The position numbers and the translations under genes are program-made. Of a stretch of 64,000 nt of DNA, positions 49,842 through 58,434 are shown piece by piece (position 1 is the stretch's first letter; every line of letters begins with the position of its first letter). The stretch spans positions 1 to 64,000 of the forward strand of contig JAZQAZ010000002.1 of assembly GCA_045545475.1 (NCBI GenBank), read 5' to 3'. The DNA comes from Clostridia bacterium. Lineage in GTDB: Bacteria; Bacillota; Clostridia; CAKSNL01; HGM11501. The notes beneath the pieces were generated by a model. That model was not told the DNA's origin. It searched no databases and worked only from the letters and a program-made list of their open reading frames with translations.

Positions 49842-50654
49842 TTACAGCTCCTTTTTTCTGTATTCGCTTGGCGGTATTTTATATCTTTTTTTAAAAAGTC
49901 TGCTGAAATACAGGGGATCGGAAAATCCCACGGATATGGCAATTTCCGTTATGGTGTTTTTTGTTGATAAAAGCATTTCGGCGGCAGTTTTAAGGCGGAT
50001 TTCATTTTGGTATTTAATCGGTGTCATACCGGTGATTTCCGAAAAGAGGTGGGAAAAGCGGCCCATGGAATAACCTGCTTTTTTGGAGAGAAAGCTTAGC
50101 GAAAGATTCTTTTCATAATTTAAGTTTATATAGGTTAAAACAGGAAGTATGCTGTTTTGAAGTTCACTTCTTACGGGCGTTTTTACGGCTTCTTCAATGT
50201 TATATATAAGCTCAAGAAATGATGCAATACAAAGCTTTTTGCCCCTGGGTGAATTTCTTCGCTGAATCATTTCGGTAAATGAATCACTTACTGCTTTGGA
50301 TGATGAAATCAGATATACGCCACCTGAGAGAGAGGATGCGGATAAAATTTCCTCAATGGCGCTTCCTGTAAAATGACACCAGAAGGATGAGCTTGCGGCG
50401 CCCAATATATATTTTTGCTTTTGTCCCGGGGTGTATATCACAAAATTTCCCTCGGAAAAGTCAAAGGCTTCATTTTCATAGAAAACCGTACAGTTTCCTT
50501 TGATGAGGAGCAAAATGTGATAGTCCTTTCTTCCGTCTTCGCGGATTACGGTACAGCTGCTTGAAAGATTCTGAATTCCGGCACTGTTGATTTTTATATA
50601 TTCGTCGGACTTTTCGTCTGTTTTATCCATATGCTTTCCGTCATAAATTCGCAT
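49842..50654 (-). CDS. AraC family transcriptional regulator (MelR/MsmR-like), divergent from GH4
   Basis: GRKDY, FWCHFTG; RFSHLF, IAISVGFSDPLYFSRLFKK. Confidence 0.92.
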   Translation of the reverse strand: MRIYDGKHMDKTDEKSDEYIKINSAGIQNLSSSCTVIREDGRKDYHILLLIKGNCTVFYENEAFDFSEGNFVIYTPGQKQKYILGAASSSFWCHFTGSAIEEILSASSLSGGVYLISSSKAVSDSFTEMIQRRNSPRGKKLCIASFLELIYNIEEAVKTPVRSELQNSILPVLTYINLNYEKNLSLSFLSKKAGYSMGRFSHLFSEITGMTPIKYQNEIRLKTAAEMLLSTKNTITEIAISVGFSDPLYFSRLFKKRYKIPPSEYRKKEL

Positions 50655-50677
50655 AATTATCACCTTATTTTGAATTA

Positions 50678-50728
50678 TTGTAGCATAGAACAGCATTTTT
50701 GTCCATATGGATTTTCATATTGTGCATA
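50678..50728 (+). promoter_or_regulatory. Putative AraC-type direct-repeat operator upstream of GH4
   Basis: ttgtagcata (50678), ttgtccata (50699), ttgtgcata (50720), about 21-bp periodicity. Confidence 0.5.
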
Positions 50729-50775
50729 GACTTACAGGCTTGTTTTTGTTATATTCATAAAGAGGAGGCGTTAAT

Positions 50776-52089
50776 ATGAAAAAAATAGCTTTTATCGGGG
50801 CGGGAAGCCTGCAGTTTACATCAAGCTGTGTCCGCGATTTACTGACCTTTCCTGCATTTTCCGAATGCGAATTTGCCCTTATGGATATTAATGAGGAAAA
50901 TCTCAAAAACATCACGGGTGTGGTTAATACCATAATAGAAAAAATGAATTGTCCTGGCTGTAAGGTAAGTGCAACAACAAACAGAGCAGAAGCACTGAAG
51001 GATGCCGACGGTGTGCTTTGTACCGTCTTCAATGGGGATGTTGATATATGGCAATATGATATCACAATCCCGAAAAAATACGGAGTGGATATAAACGTGG
51101 GGGACACAAGAAGCGTATCAGGTATTTTCAGAGCGCTTCGGAATATTCCTTTAATGCTTGATATATGTAAGGATATTGAAAGGTATTGCCCCAATGCGGT
51201 TTTTCTTAACTATACCAATCCTATGTCCATGCTTTGCGGTGCTATGCAGAAATACTCTTCGGTAGAAGTGACGGGCCTTTGCCACAGTGTTCAGGGGACT
51301 GTGAAAACCTTGGCAAAATGGCTTTCCGTTCCTTATGAAGAAATTGAGTATAAATGTATGGGCGTAAACCATCAGGCGTTTTATACGGTACTGAAGCATA
51401 AGGGAGAGGATCTTTATCCCCGCCTTCTGAGGCTTATGGAAAATCCCGATATTTTTAATATAGAACAGGTGAGAAACGAGATGTTCTTAAAGCTTGGCTA
51501 TTATGTGACGGAATCCAGCGGACACAATTCGGAGTATAACGGGTGGTTTCGTAAAAGACCTGATTTAATTGAAAAATACTGCACCCACGGCACAAACTGG
51601 AATCCGGGCGAATATGCTTTTTCATTGAAAATACGGCAAAGGCGAAAGGAAAATCCTAAAGCTCAGTATGAAAGATGGTATAAAGAGGAGTTTTCAAAGA
51701 AAAAAAGTATTGAATATGCAGCAGATATATTCAATGCCAGATTCGGGGACGGACGGCCCTTTATATTCAACGGTAATGTGCAAAACTGCGGTTCAATTAA
51801 AAACCTTCCTTATGATGCCTGCGTAGAAGTTCCGGTGGTGGCAGACAGAATGGGCTTTAAGACCACTATCGCGGGAGAGCTTCCGCCACATCTTGCCATA
51901 TTGGTAAATACCACGGCGATGATTGAAAATCTCGTGATTGAAGCAGCAATGGAAAAGTCAAAGGAAATGGTTTACAGGGCTGTGTACAACGATCCTTTAA
52001 CCTCAGCTGTATGCTCGCTGGATGAAATTAAAAATATGTGCGATGAATTATTCACGGCAAATCAGGACTTTTTAGGAGATTATAAATAA
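50776..52089 (+). CDS. melA: GH4 NAD+-dependent alpha-galactosidase (MelA-like)
   Basis: KIAFIGAGS, IPKKYG, FRALRNIP, LNYTNPM, GLCHSVQG, GVNHQ, TESSGHNSEY. Confidence 0.85.
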   Translation: MKKIAFIGAGSLQFTSSCVRDLLTFPAFSECEFALMDINEENLKNITGVVNTIIEKMNCPGCKVSATTNRAEALKDADGVLCTVFNGDVDIWQYDITIPKKYGVDINVGDTRSVSGIFRALRNIPLMLDICKDIERYCPNAVFLNYTNPMSMLCGAMQKYSSVEVTGLCHSVQGTVKTLAKWLSVPYEEIEYKCMGVNHQAFYTVLKHKGEDLYPRLLRLMENPDIFNIEQVRNEMFLKLGYYVTESSGHNSEYNGWFRKRPDLIEKYCTHGTNWNPGEYAFSLKIRQRRKENPKAQYERWYKEEFSKKKSIEYAADIFNARFGDGRPFIFNGNVQNCGSIKNLPYDACVEVPVVADRMGFKTTIAGELPPHLAILVNTTAMIENLVIEAAMEKSKEMVYRAVYNDPLTSAVCSLDEIKNMCDELFTANQDFLGDYK

Positions 52090-52121
52090 AATAACGGCAC
52101 CCACAGGGTGCCGTTATTTTT
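52088..52121. terminator. Bidirectional terminator between GH4 and pdxK
   Basis: aaaataacggcaccc-aca-gggtgccgttatttt. Confidence 0.85.
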
Positions 52122-52127
52122 GCTTTT

Positions 52128-52961
52128 TTATTCAGATAACATTTTGCAAAGCTCTGGGATAACGGGCTCAAATGCGGCGCCGTACCAGTGATTATCCAAT
52201 GTGGCTGTGTACTTTATCGCAAGATAGGTATAGTCTGCGGCGATTTTAGAAGCTTCATAAGCTGTCCTTCCGCGAAGGAGTGCACCGGAAAAAGCAGAAG
52301 CGAAAATATCACCTGTTCCGTGACAGCTGTTAGGAAGCTTTTCATGTTCGTAGTAGGAATATTCTCCGTTTTCAAAAACAACAACTCCGGTTTTTCCTTT
52401 TTCATAGGAAATTCCCGTAAAGATTATGTTTTTGCAGCCTGCATCCGTAAGCTTTTTAATTAAGGAATCAACATAAGCTCTATCGTAAGTTTCCTTATAT
52501 TCCGTATCTGTCATAAAGCAGGCCTCGGTGATGTTGGGAAGTATGTAGTCGGCATCACGGCAAAGGGAAAGCATTTCCTTTGCATAAACTTCGTCAAAGC
52601 CATAGTAAAGCTTGCCGTTATCTGCCATTGCAGGGTCAACTATCTTCAATGAGTCCTCCTTTGAAACCGCAGAAAAGATGTCTTTTACATAACCAATCTG
52701 CTTGGTGCTTCCTAAATATCCTGTATATATGGCATCAAAGGAAATTCCTTCTTTAACCCAATGGTCTTTTATTCCGGGCAGGTCTTCCGTAAGATCGCGG
52801 AAGGTAAAGTCCGTAAATCCGCCGGTGTGGGTGGATAAAACCGCAGAGGGGAGAATGGAACACTCTACTCCGCAGGCGGAAACGATTGGGAGTGCAACGG
52901 TCATTGAACATTGACCTACGCAGGAAATATCCTGAATGGTAAGAAGTCTTTTATAGCTCAT
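52128..52961 (-). CDS. pdxK: Pyridoxal/pyridoxamine kinase
   Basis: QDISCVGQCS, LSTHTGGF, YTGYLGS, VDPAMADNG, PNITEA, HGTGDIFAS. Confidence 0.92.
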   Translation of the reverse strand: MSYKRLLTIQDISCVGQCSMTVALPIVSACGVECSILPSAVLSTHTGGFTDFTFRDLTEDLPGIKDHWVKEGISFDAIYTGYLGSTKQIGYVKDIFSAVSKEDSLKIVDPAMADNGKLYYGFDEVYAKEMLSLCRDADYILPNITEACFMTDTEYKETYDRAYVDSLIKKLTDAGCKNIIFTGISYEKGKTGVVVFENGEYSYYEHEKLPNSCHGTGDIFASAFSGALLRGRTAYEASKIAADYTYLAIKYTATLDNHWYGAAFEPVIPELCKMLSE

Positions 52962-53053
52962 AAAAATGCCCCTTTACAAATTTTGTTTTCTGTATTATAA
53001 TATTAATCTGATAATATGTAAATAATCAAAAAAGGAGAATTTTATATAACCAG

Positions 53054-54112
53054 ATGAAAGAGAAAAAATATTTGGATGTATATAAGAAAATAAAAAATAA
53101 AATAACCGAAGGTGAGCTTAAAAAAGGAGAAAAGTTACCATCCAAGCGTGTTACGGCTGAAAAGGAGAATGTCAGCGTAATAACCGTGGAAAAGGCATAC
53201 GGTATGCTGACGGACGAAGGCTATATAACACCGAAAGAGCGAAGCGGATATTTTGTGTCCGACATTGAAGTGCTAAAGGACCGAGAGGAAGAAAGCAAAA
53301 AAAGCATAACTTATCTTTCGGAGGAGACTGGCGAAATTTCGGAATTTGAATATTCGCTGTGGTTTAAGACCGTAAGAAAGGTAATTTCTGAAAAAGGTGA
53401 GCTTCTTTTCCGTAAAGCACCCGGAAGGGGATGTGCCGTTTTAAGAAACTCAATAGCATCCTACCTTTTAAGATATCGTGGAATTTTCACTTCGCCTGAG
53501 AATATAATAATCGGCTCCGGTGCGGAGCAGCTCTATGCTTCGGCGGTGAAAGTGCTTGGCAGAGATAAAATTTACGGAATAGAAAATCCATCATATTCAC
53601 AGATTGAAGCGGTGTATCGGGGAGAGGGCGTAAAAATAAAAAAGCTTAAAATGGGAAATGACGGCATAAGGTCAGAAGAGCTTGTAAATGGTGGCTTTGA
53701 TGTGCTTCATGTGACACCTTTTAAAAGCTTCCCTTCCAATGTCACCACCTCGGCAGGTAAAAGGTATGAATATCTTTCATGGGCGATGAAAAAGGGATTT
53801 ATCATAGAGGACGATTTTGGAAGCGAATTTTTTGCTCCCGGTGCAAGCCGCGAAACATTGTATTCCATGAATAAGGGGAAAAATGTTTTATACATAAACA
53901 CCTTTTCAAAAAGCCTTTCGCCGTCTATGAGAATAGGGTATATGATTCTGCCGGGCAGCTTATCTGATAAATACGAAAAAGAACTTGGTGCCTTTTCCTG
54001 CTCGGTGCCGGTACTTGACCAGTATGTGCTTTCAGAGTTTATTGATAGCGGAAGCTTTGAACGCCACGTCAACCGTATGAGACGAAAGATAAATAAAGAC
54101 TTGACAAAATAA
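53054..54112 (+). CDS. MocR/GabR family PLP-dependent regulator (PdxR-like)
   Basis: GntR wHTH (KLPSKR...VSVITVEKAY..L..EGYI..KERSGYFV), ENPSY, IIEDD, NTFSKSLSPSMRIGYM; divergent from pdxK. Confidence 0.88.
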   Translation: MKEKKYLDVYKKIKNKITEGELKKGEKLPSKRVTAEKENVSVITVEKAYGMLTDEGYITPKERSGYFVSDIEVLKDREEESKKSITYLSEETGEISEFEYSLWFKTVRKVISEKGELLFRKAPGRGCAVLRNSIASYLLRYRGIFTSPENIIIGSGAEQLYASAVKVLGRDKIYGIENPSYSQIEAVYRGEGVKIKKLKMGNDGIRSEELVNGGFDVLHVTPFKSFPSNVTTSAGKRYEYLSWAMKKGFIIEDDFGSEFFAPGASRETLYSMNKGKNVLYINTFSKSLSPSMRIGYMILPGSLSDKYEKELGAFSCSVPVLDQYVLSEFIDSGSFERHVNRMRRKINKDLTK

Positions 54113-54128
54113 AATTTTGTAGTATAAT
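54101..54128 (+). promoter_or_regulatory. Sigma-A promoter for the TPP riboswitch-thiT transcript
   Basis: TTGACA(54101)-16-TATAAT(54123). Confidence 0.75.
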
Positions 54129-54131
54129 GAA

Positions 54132-54230
54132 TTCAGCAAAAGGGGGAGCTTGCGCATGCAAGCTGAGAGTAAGCGTAATGCCGCTTAGACCCGTATAACC
54201 TGATTTGGGTAATGCCAACGAAGGGATAAT
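54132..54230 (+). ncRNA. TPP riboswitch
   Basis: GGGGAGC..GCTGAGA..GACCCGTATAACCTGATTTGGGTAATGCCAACGAAGGGA core; upstream of thiT. Confidence 0.93.
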
Positions 54231-54242
54231 AGCTTAGCTTTC

Positions 54243-54274
54243 AGGCTGTATCCTTTTTTGGATGCAGCTTTTTC
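54243..54274 (+). terminator. Expression-platform terminator of the TPP riboswitch
   Basis: aggctgtatcc-tttttt-ggatgcagctt followed by tttc. Confidence 0.75.
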
Positions 54275-54565
54275 ATTTGTGCGCGCGACAGATGAAAAGC
54301 GCATTTCCGGTTTCATTTGCCGGAAAAAGCTTTAAGAAAAGCGAATTATCAATCCTTGCCTTTTGCGATATTATCAAAGCACACGGAAGTCACTCGATAT
54401 ATGGTTTGAATTTTTTATTCAAACTCTTAAACCTTAAACGCAGGGAAATTTAGTGCAATTTCAATGCGGAGGACGAAGTAAGGCTGGCGCCTTTCGAGGA
54501 CGACAAATTGAAAGAGTGCAAATTTACCAAGTTTAGGGCGTGTATGGAGTGTCTTATGTGTGCTT
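54267..54565. repeat. About 300-bp structured element between the riboswitch terminator and thiT
   Basis: Hairpins 54267-54300 and 54304-54326, then a ~190-nt imperfect rod 54377-54565. Confidence 0.6.
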
Positions 54566-54584
54566 CCTGAAAGGATTGAAAAAA

Positions 54585-55214
54585 ATGAAAACAAAAAAAC
54601 TTGTAGTCTGTGCAATGCTTATTGCACTGGGCAGTGTGCTTTCGGTAATTCAGCCCTTTGCACTGCCTTTCGGCGGGGGAATAACCCTTGCTTCAATGAT
54701 GCCTGTATGCTTAATCGGTATGATTTACGGAATGAAGACAGGCGTTTTATCGGCACTCTGTTTCAGCGTGATTCAGATGTTTTTAGGAGCATCCACCATT
54801 GGTGCGGCATTTTTGCCCGGGGAAGACCAGATGATTTTGTGGAAAGCCATTTTAATGTGCTTACTTGACTATACCCTTGCGTATACGGTTTTAGGCTTAT
54901 CAGGCATTTTCAAAAACAAAATCAAAAATGATGAGGTTGCAATTCTTGCAGGTTCTGCCTTTGTAACCTTCCTTCGCTACGTAGCCCATATCCTCTCCGG
55001 TTACATACTCTGGGGAAGCTACGCAGAGTGGTTCTTTTCTCAGGAAGGATTTTATGCCTTCGGTGAAAAAATACTTAATGCTTTTTCGGGAAACGGACTT
55101 GCCTTTATCTATTCGGTAATTTATAACGGCCTTTATATGGTTCCCGAAATCATCATTACAGCACTGGTTACGCCGATAGTTTATAAGGCTCTTAAAAAAT
55201 CAAAAGCGTTTTAA
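54585..55214 (+). CDS. thiT: ECF transporter thiamine S-component ThiT
   Basis: MLIALG.VLS, LPFGGGITL.SM.P, LLDY.LAY, RY..H.LSG..WG.YA, YS.IYN..Y; TPP riboswitch upstream. Confidence 0.92.
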   Translation: MKTKKLVVCAMLIALGSVLSVIQPFALPFGGGITLASMMPVCLIGMIYGMKTGVLSALCFSVIQMFLGASTIGAAFLPGEDQMILWKAILMCLLDYTLAYTVLGLSGIFKNKIKNDEVAILAGSAFVTFLRYVAHILSGYILWGSYAEWFFSQEGFYAFGEKILNAFSGNGLAFIYSVIYNGLYMVPEIIITALVTPIVYKALKKSKAF

Positions 55215-55217
55215 TTA

Positions 55218-55251
55218 AAAAGCCACGAAAACATTTGTTTTCGTGGCTTTT
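55218..55251. terminator. Bidirectional terminator after thiT
   Basis: aaaagccacgaaaaca-tt-tgttttcgtggctttt. Confidence 0.85.
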
Positions 55252-55253
55252 GC

Positions 55254-55928
55254 TTATTCTTTTTCTTTGCTTGCTCCATGCTTAAGGTTTTCTTTGTAAA
55301 TAACTATTGCGTTGCTTGAATTTAAGCCGATTTTCTCAATGTAACTTGGTGCATAAACCGAAAGGTGGTTGAGGATTTCGATAAAGTGGGCACTTAAGTG
55401 ATGCCTTCCGCAATAGTTGAAAATAGAAAACAAACGGGGAATTTCAAATATTGTCGGAGTAATCGAACCGTCGGGATAGTACCAGATGTAAACATCGTCT
55501 TTTAAAGTGGCGTAAGAAAGTGCAAGGGGACTTACATCCTTTTCGGCAAATTCCTTTTCCATTGTCAGAACTTCGTTGGGATAGATAAGAACCTGAGGGA
55601 TGAGCGGAGTAGGCTCTCCCTCCGGCATAACCTTTCTTCTGAAAGTGAGGTCTTCAGTATCCCAATGAAGAGTTACACCTTCTACATCCAATGGAATCAA
55701 GCGATCGTCAGTACGAGTGGTAGAGACTTTTAATTGATCCATTTGGATGTCGTCATCTTCTTCGTCTGTGTGTGGAAAACGATTTATGCAGAAGTCAATT
55801 CTGTCTTTGTAATATGCAACTTCTGTAGGAACAAAGGTAAAGTCTTTGCAGTAAATTGCCTTAGGTCCAACTTCAAATATGTTATATACAAGTACCGGTT
55901 TTTCCTTTTTCTTCAAGAATCTGAACAT
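55254..55928 (-). CDS. Hypothetical protein
   Basis: 224-aa ORF with SD GGAGG, 26 bp downstream of the zinc-ribbon gene; no recognised motif. Confidence 0.7.
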   Translation of the reverse strand: MFRFLKKKEKPVLVYNIFEVGPKAIYCKDFTFVPTEVAYYKDRIDFCINRFPHTDEEDDDIQMDQLKVSTTRTDDRLIPLDVEGVTLHWDTEDLTFRRKVMPEGEPTPLIPQVLIYPNEVLTMEKEFAEKDVSPLALSYATLKDDVYIWYYPDGSITPTIFEIPRLFSIFNYCGRHHLSAHFIEILNHLSVYAPSYIEKIGLNSSNAIVIYKENLKHGASKEKE

Positions 55929-55954
55929 GGTTTTCCTCCGGATTGTGTGTTTGA

Positions 55955-57661
55955 TTACAGCTGGGAATTTTCTTCCTTAGCACAAATAGCATCATATTCT
56001 TCACGAAGCCATTCGTCGCGGCTTTCTAAAAATTCACCTGTGTTAAAGTCATAGCGATAGGTTAAAACATCTACCCAGTATGCATAGTTTTTGTAAATTT
56101 TAAGGTATTCGATACCGCCACGGCTACCGCAATTCAAATATTTATAGGAACCGTCCAACTTGAGTTCGTAGAGATTGTAATAATAATTATCAGCGTTTTC
56201 ATATCCCTTTTTGTGGCCGTATGTAAAGCCGACTCTTTTTCCGTCCGGAAGAGTAATGTGCTTTGAGTAGAAGAATGTGGACCAGGATAACTTATCAAAC
56301 AATTCTTCATTGGTCTCCTTAAGATATAAAGAAACAGCAGTGTCAAGCTCGTTTGTATTATCGTAGCTATACACATTTTCGTCAGTGGCAGAGTTACGGA
56401 TTATAGGAGTGAAATCTCTTGTGTAGCTTAAAGAAATTATCGGTGTAACGCATTCGTTATCATCATAATATTCGCCGTCAAAGGGTTTGAATATATCTGA
56501 ATTACTGATAAAGTAAAGCTTTGTATCTCCGCTTTCGTGGGAATATTTATAAAAACCGGAAGGTGTCTGGAGAATATTTTTGCTGCCGGTAATTTCGAAA
56601 ACTTTGGAGTATGCCGAGATAGTCTTCATTTTACCGCTCTTTAAGTCAAAAAGAATGCTGTTTTCAGAGCTGGAGGAAGAAATATACGCCAAAGAGCCAT
56701 AACGTGTTATGGTAGAGTAATCCATGGGAACTGTAGCTTTTACAGTCATGTTGTTTGTGTCAATATAAACAGGTTTATATGAGCGTGAAGGTGTGAAAAA
56801 TACTGATGATTCTTCAGATATTATAATGCTACGTCCTGCAACCATATATTCTGCGGGTTTTAAAATGGCAAAGTCCGAAAGATTGAAGAGGTCAATTCTT
56901 GCCCAAAGGTAGTCGGCATTGCTGTAAAAAGCAATTAAAAGCTGATGGCCGTTATATACAAAGAATTCGTTTGCGGTAAAGTTAATATCATTTCCAAAGC
57001 TTCCGAAAAATGTCCAAAGTGTTCTTTCGTTTAAATAAATTTCTCTTCCTTTGGAGCCCAAAAGAGCTTCGTAAGGAGTTGTGAGAGTAATTATAACAGC
57101 ATTGTCTTCGATGGGATCACGAATGCCTTCAACAAAATAAGTGCCATCCTGTGAAACGGTATAGGGAACTCTGGGTATACTTTTTATAACATTATGTGAA
57201 TTGCTTTTAAGGTCATAGTAATAATTGTAATAGTCATTGTTTTTGTCATACACCTGGAATAAAATAAGGTGGTCGATTTTAGCCATATAATAAACGTCGT
57301 CACCCTGGATAAAATCGGATGGGATATAAGAAGTTTTGTCAAAATCCAGAACACAGGTTTTATTGTTTCCCTGTAAATCTGATTTCCAGAGCTGAGTATG
57401 CTCGCAGGGATGATATCCGTGCGTAAGGAAATATATATTGTTTCCTACTATAAAGAAATTACCGAAATCTACTTTTGCATCCATTGAAACTGTGAGAACA
57501 TCTTTCTCATTCATAGGGGTAGCTGTTTGAGGGTTACCAAAAGCAGATACAGGAGTCTCCGTAGATGATGCCGGAGAATCTCCCGCCCATACTTTAGCAC
57601 CACAGGCAAAACAGAAAGCAGCTTCGTCAGGGAGCTGTTTGCCACATTTAATACAGAACAT
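55955..57661 (-). CDS. Zinc-ribbon domain protein with beta-rich (propeller-like) body
   Basis: MFCIKCGKQLPDEAAFCFACG N-terminus, low-complexity linker, aromatic beta-strand repeats (NNIYF...LWKSDLQG, LYELKLDGS, YKNYAYW). Confidence 0.7.
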   Translation of the reverse strand: MFCIKCGKQLPDEAAFCFACGAKVWAGDSPASSTETPVSAFGNPQTATPMNEKDVLTVSMDAKVDFGNFFIVGNNIYFLTHGYHPCEHTQLWKSDLQGNNKTCVLDFDKTSYIPSDFIQGDDVYYMAKIDHLILFQVYDKNNDYYNYYYDLKSNSHNVIKSIPRVPYTVSQDGTYFVEGIRDPIEDNAVIITLTTPYEALLGSKGREIYLNERTLWTFFGSFGNDINFTANEFFVYNGHQLLIAFYSNADYLWARIDLFNLSDFAILKPAEYMVAGRSIIISEESSVFFTPSRSYKPVYIDTNNMTVKATVPMDYSTITRYGSLAYISSSSSENSILFDLKSGKMKTISAYSKVFEITGSKNILQTPSGFYKYSHESGDTKLYFISNSDIFKPFDGEYYDDNECVTPIISLSYTRDFTPIIRNSATDENVYSYDNTNELDTAVSLYLKETNEELFDKLSWSTFFYSKHITLPDGKRVGFTYGHKKGYENADNYYYNLYELKLDGSYKYLNCGSRGGIEYLKIYKNYAYWVDVLTYRYDFNTGEFLESRDEWLREEYDAICAKEENSQL

Positions 57662-57882
57662 AAATAATCCTCCTTTTGATGATGTGAAAATTTTGCTACT
57701 ATAGTATAGCATAAAGCTAAGCTTCTGTCAATTGAAAGAGAGGCTTTTGAAGATTCTGATCTTTGAATTTAATGCGGCATGAAATGCATTTTGAAATGTA
57801 AGATATGGACAAATGCGATAAAATATGTTATGATAAAACCAGCATAAAGTTGTGCTGAAATAATATGTTTTGAGGTGATTAT

Positions 57883-58341
57883 ATGAAGATGTTAAAAAAA
57901 TTGATGGTTGTTATGTTTGCTTTGGTGTTGGCTCTTGCATTGGCAGGTTGCCAAAAGGACTACATAAGCGAAGAGAAAGCGGAGGAATTTTTGACTAAAG
58001 CTGCGGAAATTGAAGAATACAGCGAAATTAAAAATAAAAATACTATAACTCAGGCTGATATCAATATTGAAAGCTACAATATATTCTTAAAATGGGATGA
58101 ACTCCTTAATGAAATATACACTTATTTAAGTGAGAATATGGAAGAAGAGGACTTTGCCATCCTTGAAGAAGACGAGCTTTTATGGATTGCTGAAAAAGAA
58201 GCGGCAATAGAAGAAGCGGCGAAGTACTGGGAAGGCGGAAGCGGTGAAGCTATGGTGAGAAACGTGACGGCGTCAGACTATACAAAGGACAGATGCTATT
58301 ATCTTATATCCATAGTGAAGGGCGAAAAGCTTCCGGAATAA
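57883..58341 (+). CDS. Lipoprotein with DUF1311/LprI (lysozyme-inhibitor-like) domain
   Basis: Lipobox LAGC; TQADIN...WDELLNEIY..L...L...EL.WI..KE...GGS........TKDRCYYL. Confidence 0.8.
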   Translation: MKMLKKLMVVMFALVLALALAGCQKDYISEEKAEEFLTKAAEIEEYSEIKNKNTITQADINIESYNIFLKWDELLNEIYTYLSENMEEEDFAILEEDELLWIAEKEAAIEEAAKYWEGGSGEAMVRNVTASDYTKDRCYYLISIVKGEKLPE

Positions 58342-58434
58342 GGAAGGCTTAAAGACATCATTTTGCCGAAAGGTATTGACATAGTATCCAATATGATGTA
58401 TAATGATAGGGAATATTATATTGGAGGTTTCTTT

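Noticed and set aside
50776-52089. GH4 as alpha-galacturonidase because of the adjacent uxa operon
   Set aside because: The active-site motif is CHSV, not CHEV.
54377-54565. 6S RNA (similar length, rod-like)
   Set aside because: No recognisable 6S conserved motifs and no dedicated promoter or terminator; it lies inside the thiT leader.
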